Assembly: GCA_050613775.1 (NCBI GenBank)
Contig: JBODTK010000001.1
Location: 2,232,001 to 2,296,000, forward strand
Length of the DNA: 64,000 nt
Direction: 5' to 3'
DNA from: Neocallimastix sp. 'constans'
Taxonomy: Eukaryota
Shown here piece after piece: positions 1-14,517 of the stretch. The position numbers and the translations under genes were made by a program. How positions within the stretch are numbered: the stretch's first letter is position 1; the number at the start of each line of letters is the position of its first letter. A model generated the notes under the pieces. It searched no databases and was not told the origin of the DNA. It saw nothing but the letters and a program-made list of their open reading frames with translations.

Positions 1-1257
1 TTCCATGACTAATGATTTTTGATATTCAATGGATTGAGCACTAATAGCAATAGCTGCTAAGAATTGCCATACACATACATCATCTTGATCTGATCCATTT
101 TCTGGGAATAATGATACAAAATTATTTCTTAAAAGGTTAAATAAATGATCATATAATCCAGACCTATACCATTAATTTAAATTTATATATATATATATAT
201 ATTTATTAGTTAAAAAATATATTAGTAATAGTGGTAATAATATTATTTTAATAAAATTAATTATAAATTATAAATAATTTTAATTTATTTTAATAAAAAT
301 AAAAATATATATATATATTTTATAATACCATTGTTGTAAATCATTTTGAATATTTGGTGCAATAACTGGTTCACTATTTATATCTTGTCTTAAAATTTCA
401 GCTCTACTTAAGAAAACAGTTAAAATAGCTAAAGCAACTTTACATTTTCCCATCCAAACCATACTATAACACCTTAATAATATATCAAAACATCCATTAA
501 TAACACATAATGGCATTTCAGATAAGAAATTTACTAATGGTGGTACAACACTATTTATAAATAAATCAACCTAATTAATAAGAATTATTAATATATATAT
601 ATATATTAAGAAAAAAAAATTAAGAATGATGATTATTTTATACTAATAAGCAAAGAAAAAAAAAAAATTATTATTATAAAAATAAATATATATCATTAAA
701 TAAAGAAAACAAGGCGATAGATGTGACATAATGTAATTTATCTTACTTCAACAGGATCAGCATTTTCAGAACAAACATCTAATTTATTTAAACGAAGTAA
801 TAAAAGATTTAAAAATGCTAATGATTGTTCCTTTGAAAGGAAATGTAAAACACGAGGAATAACCTTTTTACCTTTAGAATAAGATAAAAATTGAACAAAT
901 GGATGTGGTTTACTGCAATTTTTTTTTTTTTTTTTTTTTTAATTAAAAATTTAATATGATAAATAATTAAATATTAAAAATATTTATTATATTATATTAT
1001 ATTATATTATATTATATTATATTATATTATATTATATTATATTATATTATATTATATTATATTATATTATATTATATTATATTTAATGATTGTTTATAAA
1101 AATATAAATACTTACTCTAATGGTATTTCATCTTTAATTTTTAATTCATTCCATATTTTATTAATAAGGTCTTCCTTTTCTTTTTTTCTATTTTAAAAAT
1201 ATATGAATAATAAATAAATTTTTTAATTTATTTTATTTAAATATATATATATATATA

Positions 1258-1328
<71 letters not shown>

Positions 1329-1627
1329 TAATGATATTTACTCTTCTTCGGTTTCTTCTTCATTTTCTTCATTATCTGAATTCTGTTCTTTATTTAATTT
1401 CTTTTGTCTTTCTTTTTGTTCTAATTTCAATATATAGGTATAAACATTTTCTATCGAAGCTAATGTTCTATAATGTGATAAACGAGTGGTTTGTGATTGT
1501 TGTGTAGTACTACTTGTAGTTTTCTTTGACTTTAATTAATTTTTAAAAATAAATATTAAATTAATGATGATAAAAACCAATTTATTGATATAACAAAAAC
1601 ATTATAAAATTCAATAAATTTATTAAA

Positions 1628-1666
<39 letters not shown>

Positions 1667-2426
1667 ATAATAATAATAATAATATTACTAAAAATAATAA
1701 TAGTAACTATAATACCTACAGTATCTTTATCTTTATTAACTTCTAACAATTGCTTTGGATTACGAACAGAATTTAAAGCAATTTTCCCTAAAGCACCTTC
1801 CAATGATACTAAAATAATTTAATAATAATAATAATAAAAAAAAAAAAAAAAAATTAAAATATAAATAAAATATTTATATTAATATTAATTATTTTATTAA
1901 TTAAATGAAATCATTTCAATATAATTCAAATTAAAATATATGATTATTTAATTCCATAACAATAAAAATATTTACTCAAAAATAAAGAATAAAAGTAAAC
2001 ATAAAAGTAAAAATAAAAAAAATAAAAAAATAAAAATAAAAAAAAAAAATTACATTGATTATTCTTTGGTTTTTGTTTTCTTCCATCAATAAGATGTTGA
2101 ACTTGTTGTTGCATTTGAGAAGATAAATTACCTCCTTTTCCTTGTTTCATTAAATACGTTTGTTGCCAATTAAGCTTTGATTCTCCTTGTTTTTCATTAT
2201 TTTTTTTTTCAGTAAACATTTGATAATAAAAATCATCAGAATATGGATCATCTGTAATTAATTGGGAAAGTTGTATTTTTGCAATTAATTCTTTTTCTTT
2301 TCTTGTCATAAGACCACTATATTCATCCTTTTTTTTTTTAAATAATAATAATATATTCATTTTTAATAATATTCAACGTTAATAATTTTAATTATATATA
2401 ATTATTTCAAAATAATAAATAAATAA

Positions 2427-2473
<47 letters not shown>

Positions 2474-3666
2474 ATATTAAATTAAATTTAATAAATGAAT
2501 AGATTTTGAAAATTAATTTACCTCTTTTTTTTCAAAATCATTTGAATTACGTTGATCACGATTTTTTTGATAATAATAATTATTATTATTATTTTGGTAT
2601 TGCTTATTATATCTATTGTTATTATAATTTTGTTTTTGATTTGGAATACGATTTTGGAATTGTTGATTACTATCTTGGCTTAAGGATTTTTGTTGCTGAA
2701 AAGGTTTCTGTTGAAAAGGTTGTTGTTGTTGTAATTGTTGAAGTTGCTGTTGCTGTTGCTGTTGAAGTTGTTGTTGTTGTTGTTGTTGAAGTTGTTGTTG
2801 TTGAAGTTGTTGTTGTTGTTGTTGTTGAAGTTGTTGTTGTTGAAATTGTTGTTGTTGAAGTTGTTGTTGTTGAAATTGTTGTTGTTGAAGTTGTTGTTGT
2901 TGTTGAAATTGTTGTTGTTGAAGTTGTTGCTGCTGAAGTTGTTGTTGTTGTTGAAGTTGTAATTGATGCTGTTGTTGTTGTAATGTAAGAAATGCTTGTA
3001 AATTCATATTATCATTAGCATTTGAAAAAGTAAGTGGCATTTGTTTAGGATTTGTTTGATTTTGCATATTATTTGAATGTGATTGAGCCCTAAATGAAGC
3101 CTCTAAATCCTCAAGATTTAATACACGATGTTGATCAATCTTCGTTGGTTGTGATACCTGTTGATGTTGTTGTTCGATTTCATTAACAAATCTCATTTGC
3201 TGTAATTGTTGTTGAAGCTGTTGAATTTTTTGTTGTTGAAGTTGTTGTTGTAATTGTTGCATTTGTTGATATTGTAATTGTTGTTGTTGTAATTGTTTTT
3301 GAAGCTGTTGTTGTTGCAATTGATTTTGAAGTTGTTGATACTTTTGCTGACTTATTTGCTGTTGAAGTTGTTGAAATTGTTGTTGGGGTGTCAATTGGTT
3401 AGGATCAATTCCCATTTTTGGCGAATTTAAATAATTTTCTATTTGCATATTTTGTTGCATTTGAAGAGGTGAAAAATTAGGCATATGATTTTGTAATAAC
3501 ATCTTTGATTCAATTTGAGATAATGATATGTTTTTGTATTTATCATAATCGAATGGACTACTTATGTTTTCATCATTTTTAATTTTATCTTTTAAATTAA
3601 TAAAAATTTTAATTTAATACTTATTAGATATATATTTTTAAATATAACATAGTATAATTGTTAAAT

Positions 3667-3722
<56 letters not shown>

Positions 3723-4511
3723 TATATATATATATAATACCAGTAAAATTCTTATTCCCTGAATTATACTGATTCCAAATCTAATATTTCGAAATTAAAA
3801 AAATAAAAATAAAAAATAAAAAAAGAAGTACATTGTTATATAAAGAATATATATTCATTTAATATAAATTTAAATATATTATAATAATATCTTTTTATAA
3901 AAATGTATAAATTATAAATATATATATATATATAATTTACCCTCTCATTCAACATATCAGATGAAGTTTTATTAATATTACTTTCTTGTCTTCCAAAAGG
4001 TTGTTCTTTATCAATAGAACTCATTGAATTATTGAATGAATTTGAACCATTTAATTGTTTGTTACCTAAATTTTGCCCTTTCATATTTATATAAATTAAT
4101 AATTTAAAATTACTATTTTAGAAGATATTTCAAATTTTTTTTTTTTTTATTTTTTAATATTTACCTTGAATTTGTTTTTCGAAAAATGAATTTCCTGCTG
4201 TAAAATCAAAATTTCTATCTATGATATTTTATAAACATTAAATTTATTGAATAATTTGAATATTTTATATTTCAATATATATTTATACATATATAACATT
4301 TATAAAAATTATTATATTAATAAATACCGATTTTATCAACATCAGCCGAAGCTCCGAAAGTTTCATTATTTAATTCTTCATCATCATCTAAAATTGGATT
4401 TTCTTTTAATCCAAAAGTCTCTAAATCTTGTTCCACATTACTTTTCGCCTCTTTAGATAGCTCCGTTTTATCTAGTGGAGGAAGAGACGTATCAAAACCA
4501 AAAAATGACAT
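1..4511 (-). CDS. PAT1: PAT1 mRNA-decapping activator (topoisomerase II-associated protein), multi-exon, 3' end lies beyond the window
   Basis: ATG at 4511 gives MSFFGFDTSLP...DDDEELNNETFG...DRNFDF, the typical Pat1 N-terminus. The middle has YSGLMTRKEKELIAKIQLSQLITDDPYSDDFYYQ and GALGKIALNSVRNPKQLL. The C-terminal part has FLSYSKGKKVIPRVLHFL and YVWQFLAAIAISA. GT-AG introns separate the exons. Confidence 0.93.
985..1082. repeat. (ATATT)n microsatellite in a PAT1 intron
   Basis: Perfect pentanucleotide run. Confidence 0.9.
2700..2985 (-). repeat. Coding (CAA)n-rich polyglutamine tract in PAT1
   Basis: Repeated QQQQL/QQQQF units in ORF 2513..3502. Confidence 0.9.
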
Positions 4512-5300
4512 TTCCAATAATAACTAAATTAATAAACATTAATAGATTTATAAAATATACGCATAAAATTAATATTTCAGTTGTTTCATAAAATTAAATT
4601 TGTTATTTAAAAAATATTATATATTATACATATTTATATATGCAATTTTATAATATATATATATATTCCAAATGTATATATTTCCCAATAATCCTATCTT
4701 TTAATTTATAAACTACTTTAAATTTTTTTTTTCCAATAATAATTTAAGTAAATAATAAACTTAAGTTTTAATATGTATATAATAATTATATAAAATTAAT
4801 ATTTTATATGTTTCATAAGATAAAATTTAAAATTTAAAAATATTATATATATATATATATATTCCTATCAATTGGATTATTGATGTTAAAATTAATCCAC
4901 AAAATTTTTTTATGATCAAGTAATAATTCAAATGTCAACATTATTTATATAATATATAATTCTTATTATAATACTTTTAATAATTTTACTAAACAATAAA
5001 TAACAAAATTATTTGTATATGTATTTGTATAAAATGAGAAAAATCAATATTATTCCAAAATTATTTCTGAAAAATGAAAACAATTAAAGTTTTATATTAA
5101 AAAATAATTGTTTTAATTAATAATTTATTGTCATTAACAAATGATAAATGTTGGATCCATTATTAGTAAATTATTATAAATTCATATTTAATAAATGATT
5201 GAATTTTTTGAATAAAATATACATTTCAAATATATAATTTTTATTTACAATGTGTTTGGTATAGTTCTGTTTATATAATTATTCTTAAATATTCTTATAA

Positions 5301-5338
<38 letters not shown>

Positions 5339-5529
5339 ATTTTTTTGTTCTCTTTGTCCAATGAATAATTCACATCAACTTGATTTTAATTTTTTTAACA
5401 TAAATTATTTATTAAATAATTAATTATATATAAAATAATGAAACTTTACTTTTTAATTATTATAATATCACAATTGATTTCTTTTTTTTTAAAAAAAATA
5501 TATATATATTATATATATTTTTTATTCTT

Positions 5530-6080
5530 ATTTTATTTTATTTTATTTTATTTTATTTTATTTTATTTTATTTTATTTTATTTTATTTTATTTTATTTTA
5601 TTTTATTTTATTTTATTTTATTTTATTTTATTTTATTTTATTTTATTTTATTTTATTTTATTTTATTTTATATTATTTTATATTATTTTATTTTATTTTA
5701 TTTTATTTTATTTTATTTTATTTTATTTTATTTTATTTTATTTTATTTTATTTTATTTTATTTTATTAAATCTGTACTTATATTTATATTTCTACTATTT
5801 ATTTTATTTTATTTTATTTTATTAAATCTGTACTTTATATTCATATTTCTACTATTTATTTTTTTTTTATTTTATTTTATTTTATTTTATTTTATTTTAT
5901 TTTATTAAATCTGTACTTATATTTATATTTCTACTATTTATTTTATTTTATTTTATTTTATTTTATTTTATTTTATTTTATTTTATTTTATTTTATTTTA
6001 TTTTATTTTATTTTATTTTATTTTATTTTATTTTATTTTATTTTATTTTATTTTATTTTATTTTATTTTATTTTATTTTT
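5530..6080. repeat. (TTTTA)n tract containing 3 copies of a ~30-bp core AATCTGTACTTATATTTATATTTCTACTA
   Basis: Cores at ~5769, ~5825 and ~5908. They are the reverse complement of the cores at 32777-33090. Confidence 0.9.
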
Positions 6081-7091
6081 ATTAATACTTAACATAATTT
6101 ATTTATTTACTTATAATATTTTAATATATATTAATTATATATATATTTTAATATCCTAGTGTACAAATAAAAATATAATAAATTATAGTTTTTATTAAAA
6201 TAAAAATCATTCTTATGCAATATACTTAATCTGAATAATATCAATTAATCGTCTTTCATACTATTTATGAAGTTAATACAAAAAAAATAAATTTATCTTT
6301 TTATAATTAGATAATAAGATTAAATTTATAATATTTAATATTGATATATATATGATTTTTATAAATTATTAAATTTATACTATTGCAAAAAAAAAATATA
6401 TATATATATATATAAAAAAGCTATGTTTATATGTATAAAATATTTTTATTATATTATTAAAAGATATGTATAAAATATTTTTATTATATTATTAAAGATA
6501 TTAATGAATAGATTTATATAATTTTTTAATAGCAACAATATTCACTATTTCTCTTCAAAAAATGAGTATTATTCTTATTTTATTTAATATTAATCACACT
6601 AAATGTGTAAAAGAAGAATTATATTAAATTAACTTTAATAGGATAAATCCATAATTTATATATCATGGATATTAAAGTTTATTTAATATATAAAAAAAGA
6701 AATTATTATTACTATTTCAATTTTATTTGTATTAATTCTATATTATATAATATTAAAGCATTAAGTTATCTGAAAAAAATAACCATGAAGTAACTTTTTT
6801 TTTTATTATTTGTTTTAATAATTTTTATATACTTTCATCAAATCAAGTATTTTTATTAATAAAAAAAATTGTAATATTTATTATTTTTATTATTAATATT
6901 ATTAATATATTCAATTGAGATGTAATTATAATTATTGCTATTGAAAAGAATTATTTTTTAGATATTTAGAAAATAAAACCTGTTATAATAACCATTTATT
7001 AAATGAAAAAAATTTTTTTTTTTTTTTTTACATCTTTTACATTATACTTATTATTTTAGAAAGAATTTGACAACTCTATTAACTATCAATT

Positions 7092-7142
<51 letters not shown>

Positions 7143-8209
7143 ATAATATATTTATTAATAATATAATTTATCATAGTAATTCTTTAAAAAAAATTTAATA
7201 TTAATATATTAATAGTAGATTTTATAATTAATAATAAATATTTAACAAATTTAAAATATAATACATATTACTCATATTACTACTGTTTAAAATGAAAAAA
7301 AATAAATTTACAGCAGAATAAAAGTAATAATAGTAATTAAGAATTTTTATATAAAAAAGGATTGCTACTGCTGATTAATTAAATACATTTAAATTTATTA
7401 TTTTTTAAATTTTTACTTTTATATAGTATGTAAACCATAATTTATATTTAATTTTTATTAACTAATTAATGAGTTTTTTATATATTAATATTTGAAATTT
7501 TAAGAATGATTGTTATTGTTTATAATTTTGTAAATTATTATATTTGTATTTTTTAATATCAATAAAATACAAAAAAAAAAAAAAAAAGACTATTATTTAT
7601 AATATGATTTTTATTATTTCTTAAATATGTAATATAATAAAATTTACATTTTATTATATTACATATTTAAGAAATAATAAAAATCATAATATATAAATAA
7701 TAGAAAATTATATATATTGAACCAAAATATTTTATATATAATTTATAATCTTTTTTCCATAGTTTATATATATATATATTTGAAATATTAATATAATTAT
7801 TAATAATTGATTTATTTTTATATAAATTGTAATATATATAAATAATACGACATATTCCAATATATTCCAATATATTTTAAATTTATTAATATATTAAATA
7901 TTAACGAGAATATTATAAAAATTAAAAAAAATAAAATAAAATAAGCATTATTGTTATAAAAATAAAATAATTTTACTTTTTTAATTTTTTTTCTTTTTAA
8001 GATATTTTATTAAATAATCATATATTTTTATTATAAGAGTATTCATTAAATATTTAATATTTATTTAAAAAAAAAATCTAATATTTATACATATATAAAT
8101 AAAAAAAAACGATCTGAAGATACAGTATTAATATTAATAAAATATTGAAATTTTTATTTAAACCAAAAATATAAGAATTATTTTCAAAAATATATATTAT
8201 TTCCTTTCT

Positions 8210-8244
<35 letters not shown>

Positions 8245-9334
8245 TGTTTCCATTCAATTATTTGAAAAGTAATAGTTATATTTTAAGTTATTTTAAATAA
8301 GATTTTTACAAAAATATAATTTTTTAAAGGTAATATTAACATATTTATATAATAAATTATTAAATTTTCATTGTATAATATTTTATAATATATAATATTT
8401 ATAAAAAAAAAAAAAGTAGAAAGTTAAAAGAAATTTGTAATTTTTAAATAAATAATATAGAAAAAAAAAATAAAAAATAAAAAAATAAAAAAATAAGAAA
8501 AAAAAGAAATGAAATGAAATGAAAAAGAATAAGAATAAAATAACTAACAATAAAATTGCAAAATAAAAATGAATTTATTTAAAAGCAATTAAATTAAATT
8601 TATTTATAATACAAATTATTAATAAAATAAAAATTTATTATTAAATATTCAATTAATTTTATTTTTTTGTATTTGAGAAAAAATACAATAAAAATTTTTA
8701 ATATATAATCATAAATTTGATAGTAAAAATATTATAATATTATGAATATGAATTTCTATGTTGCTAATATATAAACAACATTTAATTAATATATATGTGT
8801 GTTTTAACATATTTGGAATAAACAATACTCATTTAATATTAAAATTAAAATTAAAATAAATCAAAAGAAATAGAACAAAAAGAAAAATACAAATATATAA
8901 AATATATTTTTTTTTAGTATTATGTAATATTTAATAATAAAAATTAAAAGAAAAAAAATTCATCGTAATTTATTTTATTAATAAATAAAAAAGTAATTTG
9001 GAAAATTCAAATGAATTTCAAGAAATACTATTTTTAGATAAATTAAAAATAAAAATAATGAAAAGTAAAAATCATTTAGTATTCAATAAGTTTAATTTAA
9101 ATCTAAAACTATTCAAGAATACTCGAATTTAATAATAATTAGGATAATATTAAACAATATTTTTTACTATTTATTTTATTAAAATTTTTGAAAATAATAA
9201 GTATTTTAATTGAAAGTTATTATTATTACTATTCTTTTAGTAATGTGTTCTAATAATAAATAAGAAAGTACTAATTTATATGTTTATTTTATTTAAATGT
9301 ATTTTTTAGAATTTGTAAATAAGAAAATAATAAA

Positions 9335-11943
9335 ATGACGAATTTATCAGATGATGAGGGAAATGCTATTATCCAATGTATTTGTGGTAAAAATAGTCGT
9401 AAGTAAAATAAAACTAATAATAAAAAAAAAACTAACTATAAAATTTTAAATAATAATAAGATAACAGAATAACAATAATAATTATTATTATTATTTTTCA
9501 ATATTTATTATTTATTTTAAAATATTTAAAGCTCAATATGATGGTTTAATGATTCAGTGTGAAGAATGTGGTGTTTGGCAACATGGTGCATGTGTAAATA
9601 TTACAAAAAAAAATACACCAAAGCATTATTTTTGTCAAAAGTGTCATCCAGAATTACATCCTTATAATTCCCATCTTTTAAAGTAAGTAATTTTTTTTTC
9701 AATAAATTATCAAAAAAAAAATAGAATTTAATTGAAATTTTAATTTTAAAAGAATATGACACCAATTCAACTTTGAATAGGTTAATAAAAATAACTTATA
9801 TATTTCAATAAAAAAATTTGTTATAAATAGAATTTTATAAAATAAAAATTTAAATGTGTTTTTTAAAAAAAAAAAAATTAATAAATATTGATATAAAAGG
9901 AGAAAAAAATTAAATTTAGATAAAAATAAAGTGATTAAAAAAATGTTTGTTTAATATTTAATATATAATATTAATATAATATAATTTATTGTAACACATA
10001 TTAATATATACTAATATATATGTTATAAAATAATAAAAATATATAAAAATGTAATATAATATATTACTATATTTTATATTACATTTAATTCAATATATTT
10101 AGTAAATATACAAATCAAAATTCTTTAAATCTTATTTATTTATTTTTTTTTTTAAATTAATTAAAAAATTAAAATTTTATTTCATCATTATATATAAATA
10201 ATATTTAAATAATATAAAAATAATAAAATATTTTTTTGAATTGGATTTATTTTTATATATATATGATTCATTTAAAAGAAAAATAGTATTTAATTAGAAA
10301 TGTAAATAATATGTATTAATTTAAACAAATATTAATAAAAATTTGATTATTATTTTTTTTTTTAGACAAAAAAAATTATCAACAAGTTCAAATAACCAAT
10401 CATCAAGTTTTTCACCTGTAACATCATCTCCAAAAAAAAGAAACACAATGAATAGTCTTGAGGCTTCACAAAATTTTAATGCAATTTTAAATTTAAATGT
10501 TTCAAGTGGTGAAAGTGAATCTTCAATAACTACAAGTGGAAAAAGAAAAAGAAAAGCAACTCGTAATTTATCGCAGGATTTGTCTTATTCTTCTAATAAT
10601 TCAGATAGCTCAGTTGAAAAATTAAAAAAAGTTAGAAATTCACATTTACAAATTGATCATAATAATAATAATGAATTAAAATTAAAAGATAATCTTGCAA
10701 AGGATTCAAAGAGACATCATAAAGCAACTCATAAATCATATGAAGATGATGATTATGATGAAATAGATGATCTTGATGAGGTAGAAGATAGTATAGATGA
10801 TGATGATTATATTCCGAGAAATGATGGAAGACCTTCTAGGAATTTATTTAACAAAAAGCATGAAAATAATCTATCGAAAAAAACAAAACTTGAGGAAGAA
10901 TCTGATCATGACAATAATAGTAATATCGTTATTATGTTATGATTTATAACTTATAATAAACTATTATAATTTCAAATTTGTAATTAATCTTATTAAATGT
11001 ATATTTTCATATATTATTATTATTGTCATTAGGAAAAATTAAAATTAAAAAGGATGATTCAATGCATGATGATAAATCTAACAAAAAATCAGAATTGGTC
11101 AAACAAGAGGATATGATTAAAATAAAAAAAGAAAGAAAGGGATCAAAATTAAGTATTGAATTAGGTATATCTTCTGATGATTCAAAAATGAATTCTAAAT
11201 CAGAAGATAATAAAAATATCAGTGGAATTATTGAAAAATCTTCGAAAATCAAAAACAATTATACTAGCGATATAACTACACATACTTTAAGGTCTGCATC
11301 TAATTTAAAAGATGTAGAAGGTTCTGATCGTTCACCAAGTATAAGTCGTAAATTAAATCAAAAAAATAATAAATATAATAATAATATAGATAAATCAAAA
11401 TCGGATGTATATAATAATTCATTGTTGTACCAAAGTGAATATAACGAAACGGAATCTAAAAATAATCAAAATAAAAATTCTTCCTTGAACACAAATATTC
11501 ATATATCAACTAGGCATTCCACTCGCAGTTCACATAGAAGTAATTCTCAAATTCATAGTGCTACAGGCCATAATCATAATAATACCCACAATAAAAGTAA
11601 TTCAATTATTAAAGTTAAATATCCAAATCAAAAGGCATCTTTAAATGAAATGAATAAACGTTCTAAACAGATATTAGAATATTTAAATCGTACAAGGGTA
11701 GATATGAAAGAATTATATAGAAAAAAGAGATTAAATTCAATAATACAGGCTGGTGGTAAGGTAGACATTAAAGAGTATAGAAATGAAATCAAATATCCAG
11801 ATGATGATATAATTACTGATAATGCTGATTCAATGACATCATCACCTGAAAATGATATTAATGAAAATGAGCTTTCTGCATTAGATATGCTTGAAAGGTT
11901 ATATTTAAAAATTAATAAATTTCAACAAGATTACTATGAATAG
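9335..11943 (+). CDS. CTI6: PHD-finger protein, Cti6-like (Rpd3L histone deacetylase complex subunit)
   Basis: Spliced exons 9335-9398 and 9532-9682 give MTNLSDDEGNAIIQCICGKNS..QYDGLMIQCEECGVWQHGACVN..HYFCQKCHPELH, a C4HC3 PHD finger. The last exon (11033-11943) has KVKYPNQKASLNEMNKRSKQILEYLNRTRVDM and SALDMLERLYLKINKFQQDY, resembling the fungal Cti6 C-terminus. Confidence 0.75.
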
Positions 11944-12185
11944 TATATTTAATTTATATATATATATAGAGGGAGAGAATAAGAAAAAATAAATTAATTA
12001 TGTTATATTAAGATGTAACAACAAATCTCTACATTTCAAGAATTAAAAATAAAATAAAAATTATAAAAATTATAAAAATTAAAAAAAAAAAAAAAAAATT
12101 ATTTTGTTTTATTTTATATTATTTTATTTTATTTTTTGTTTTATTTCTTTTTTTTTTTTTTTTTTTTTTTTTATTTATTTTATTT

Positions 12186-12227
<42 letters not shown>

Positions 12228-12466
12228 ATTATTATTATTATTGTTTATTATTGTTATTCTAAGTTGGATTCAATGCTTTATGGTTTATATATTAATTTAT
12301 TTTAAAATTCTTTTATTCGATCTTTACAACTGAAAGCCAAATTAATTGTAATTTGAAAATATATTAATGAAAAATATTTTTATCTGTCATTATTTAAACA
12401 AATTTTTTTTTTTTTTTTTTGACTCCAGATGACTAGAAAATATTGTAATAGTATGATAATATTGAA

Positions 12467-12469
<3 letters not shown>

Positions 12470-12511
<42 letters not shown>

Positions 12512-12758
12512 TATTATTATTATTATTATTATTATATTGTTATTATTATTATTATTATTATTATATTATTATTATTATTATTATATCATTATTATTATTA
12601 TTATTATATTATTATTATTATTATTATTATATTATTATTATTATTATTATATTATTATTATTATTATTATATTATTATTATTATTATTATTATATTATTA
12701 TTATTATTATTATTATTATATTATTATTATTATATTATTATTATTATTATTATTATTA

Positions 12759-12789
<31 letters not shown>

Positions 12790-12790
12790 T
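12470..12790. repeat. Interrupted (TAT)n microsatellite
   Basis: Direct reading. Confidence 0.9.
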
Positions 12791-12964
12791 TATATATATA
12801 TATATATTTTTTAAAAAATTATTAAAGTAATGAAAAAGTATGATAATAAAAAATAAAATAAAATAAAATAAAACAAATAAATACATAAAAAGTATAATAT
12901 CATAAAAATAAAACTAAATGAAATATAATAATAATAAATATGAAGTTAGATAATCAATTTAATC

Positions 12965-13007
<43 letters not shown>

Positions 13008-13248
13008 TTGGTATCTTTTAATGCCGATTTAATTAATGAATTAGAATTTTTTCCGAGGATCATGAGAGTGTTCATGTTTAATATCTTCAAAACATAATAT
13101 CGACCATCTATTATAAGAATGAAAGGAGGTAAAAAGAATTTGATATTCAAAAAGAAAATCTTGAAATTAAATAATTAATAATTATATACAGATTTATGGT
13201 ATTTATATATTTATTATTATAATAATAATAATATTCATAATAATATTC

Positions 13249-13290
<42 letters not shown>

Positions 13291-13647
13291 GTAATAATAA
13301 TAATAATTGCTAAAAGTCAGGAATTTATAATTATGTTAATTTTATTATTATAATTTATGATAAAGAGTTACTAGAATTTAATTATATATTATTTATTAAA
13401 CAATATGTTTCAAAACGTTTGTAGCTTATTTTTCATATATTTCACATATTCTAGCAATAATAATAATAATAATAATTATTAAAAATAATTTATTTAATTA
13501 TTATTAAATTGTCTATTTATTTATTATTTAGTGAAGTATTTTTATGAAAAGCTTTTTTATTTTTGTTGTTAAATAAAATACTATTTTTAATTTAATTATA
13601 TAGATAATTATTTCATATTAATATTAATAAATTTTAAAGATATGTGT

Positions 13648-13787
13648 ATGTACATGAAAGTATAGAATTTTTATATAGAAATATGAATAGTGTTAATTTA
13701 CATGATTTAAACTTATTTTTTATATAAATATTTTATGATTTATATTTATATATTTTTACATTAATATTAAATTTAAATTTTAACAAC
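13648..13787 (+). repeat. Dispersed direct repeat, copy A (possible decayed LTR)
   Basis: ATGTACATGAAAGTATAGAATTTTTA...GTTAATTTACATGATTTAAA...CATTAATATTAA...ACAAC is shared, with indels, with 18034-18208. Confidence 0.7.
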
Positions 13788-14214
13788 CTTCAAATCATTT
13801 TTCATTAATAATGAAAATTTTATTTGTAAAGGAAGTCATTTCTGTTCTATTAATGCATTTTGTAAATATATAGGCTTCAGGTTCAAAAACAAACCAAGAT
13901 TTATTAAAACAGCAAAAGATAATAAATTTCAAGATCAAAATTTATACAGTAAATTATAGTAAATTGCAAAAATATATATTTTTTCCAAAAAAATTTGAAT
14001 ATATAGGATATGAAATATTATTTAATTCTATTAAACCGAAAAGCGATATAATACATAAACTAAAACCTTGCAATGCTTTAGAAGAAAATCAAAGTTTATA
14101 TGGATTTTTAAATTATTTCAAAGATTCTATTCTTAATTATCATAACCATATTGAATCTATATCTCAAGGGTTAAGTGATTCATATATAAAATAATAATAA
14201 TAATATATTTTTTC

Positions 14215-14517
14215 GGGTGTGGGGCATTTCGCCAAATTGCATTTCGCCAAATTGAAAATTATTAAATAAACAAATAAATCAATAAATAAAATTAAATATT
14301 ATTAATATTGCATAAAAACAATTTTAAAAAAAATATATTTTGAATTAATATTTATTTATTTATTCATTTATTTATATCAATATTCTACTTGTCGAAATGC
14401 AACCTGGCGAAAAGCAACTTGGGAAAATGCAACTTGGGGAATTGCAACATTTTAATACTACGCCACTTGGCGAAATGCAACCTGGCGAAATGCAATTTGG
14501 GGAAATGCAACTCTCCC
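14215..14517. mobile_element. 303-bp non-autonomous DNA transposon (MITE; Mutator/Foldback-like)
   Basis: Imperfect TIRs GGGTGTGGGGCATTTCGCCAAATTGCATTTCGCCA / TGGCGAAATGCAATTTGGGGAAATGCAACTCTCCC. 9-bp TSD TATTTTTTC at 14206-14214 and 14518-14526. Tandem 15-bp subterminal units (consensus ~TTGGCGAAATGCAAC). Confidence 0.88.

Noticed and set aside
2506..2988. Plus-strand poly-Val and poly-Leu ORFs
   Set aside because: Antisense shadows of the PAT1 polyQ exon.
5438..5908. FILFY-repeat ORF (also 32504-33310)
   Set aside because: Translation of (TTTTA)n microsatellite.
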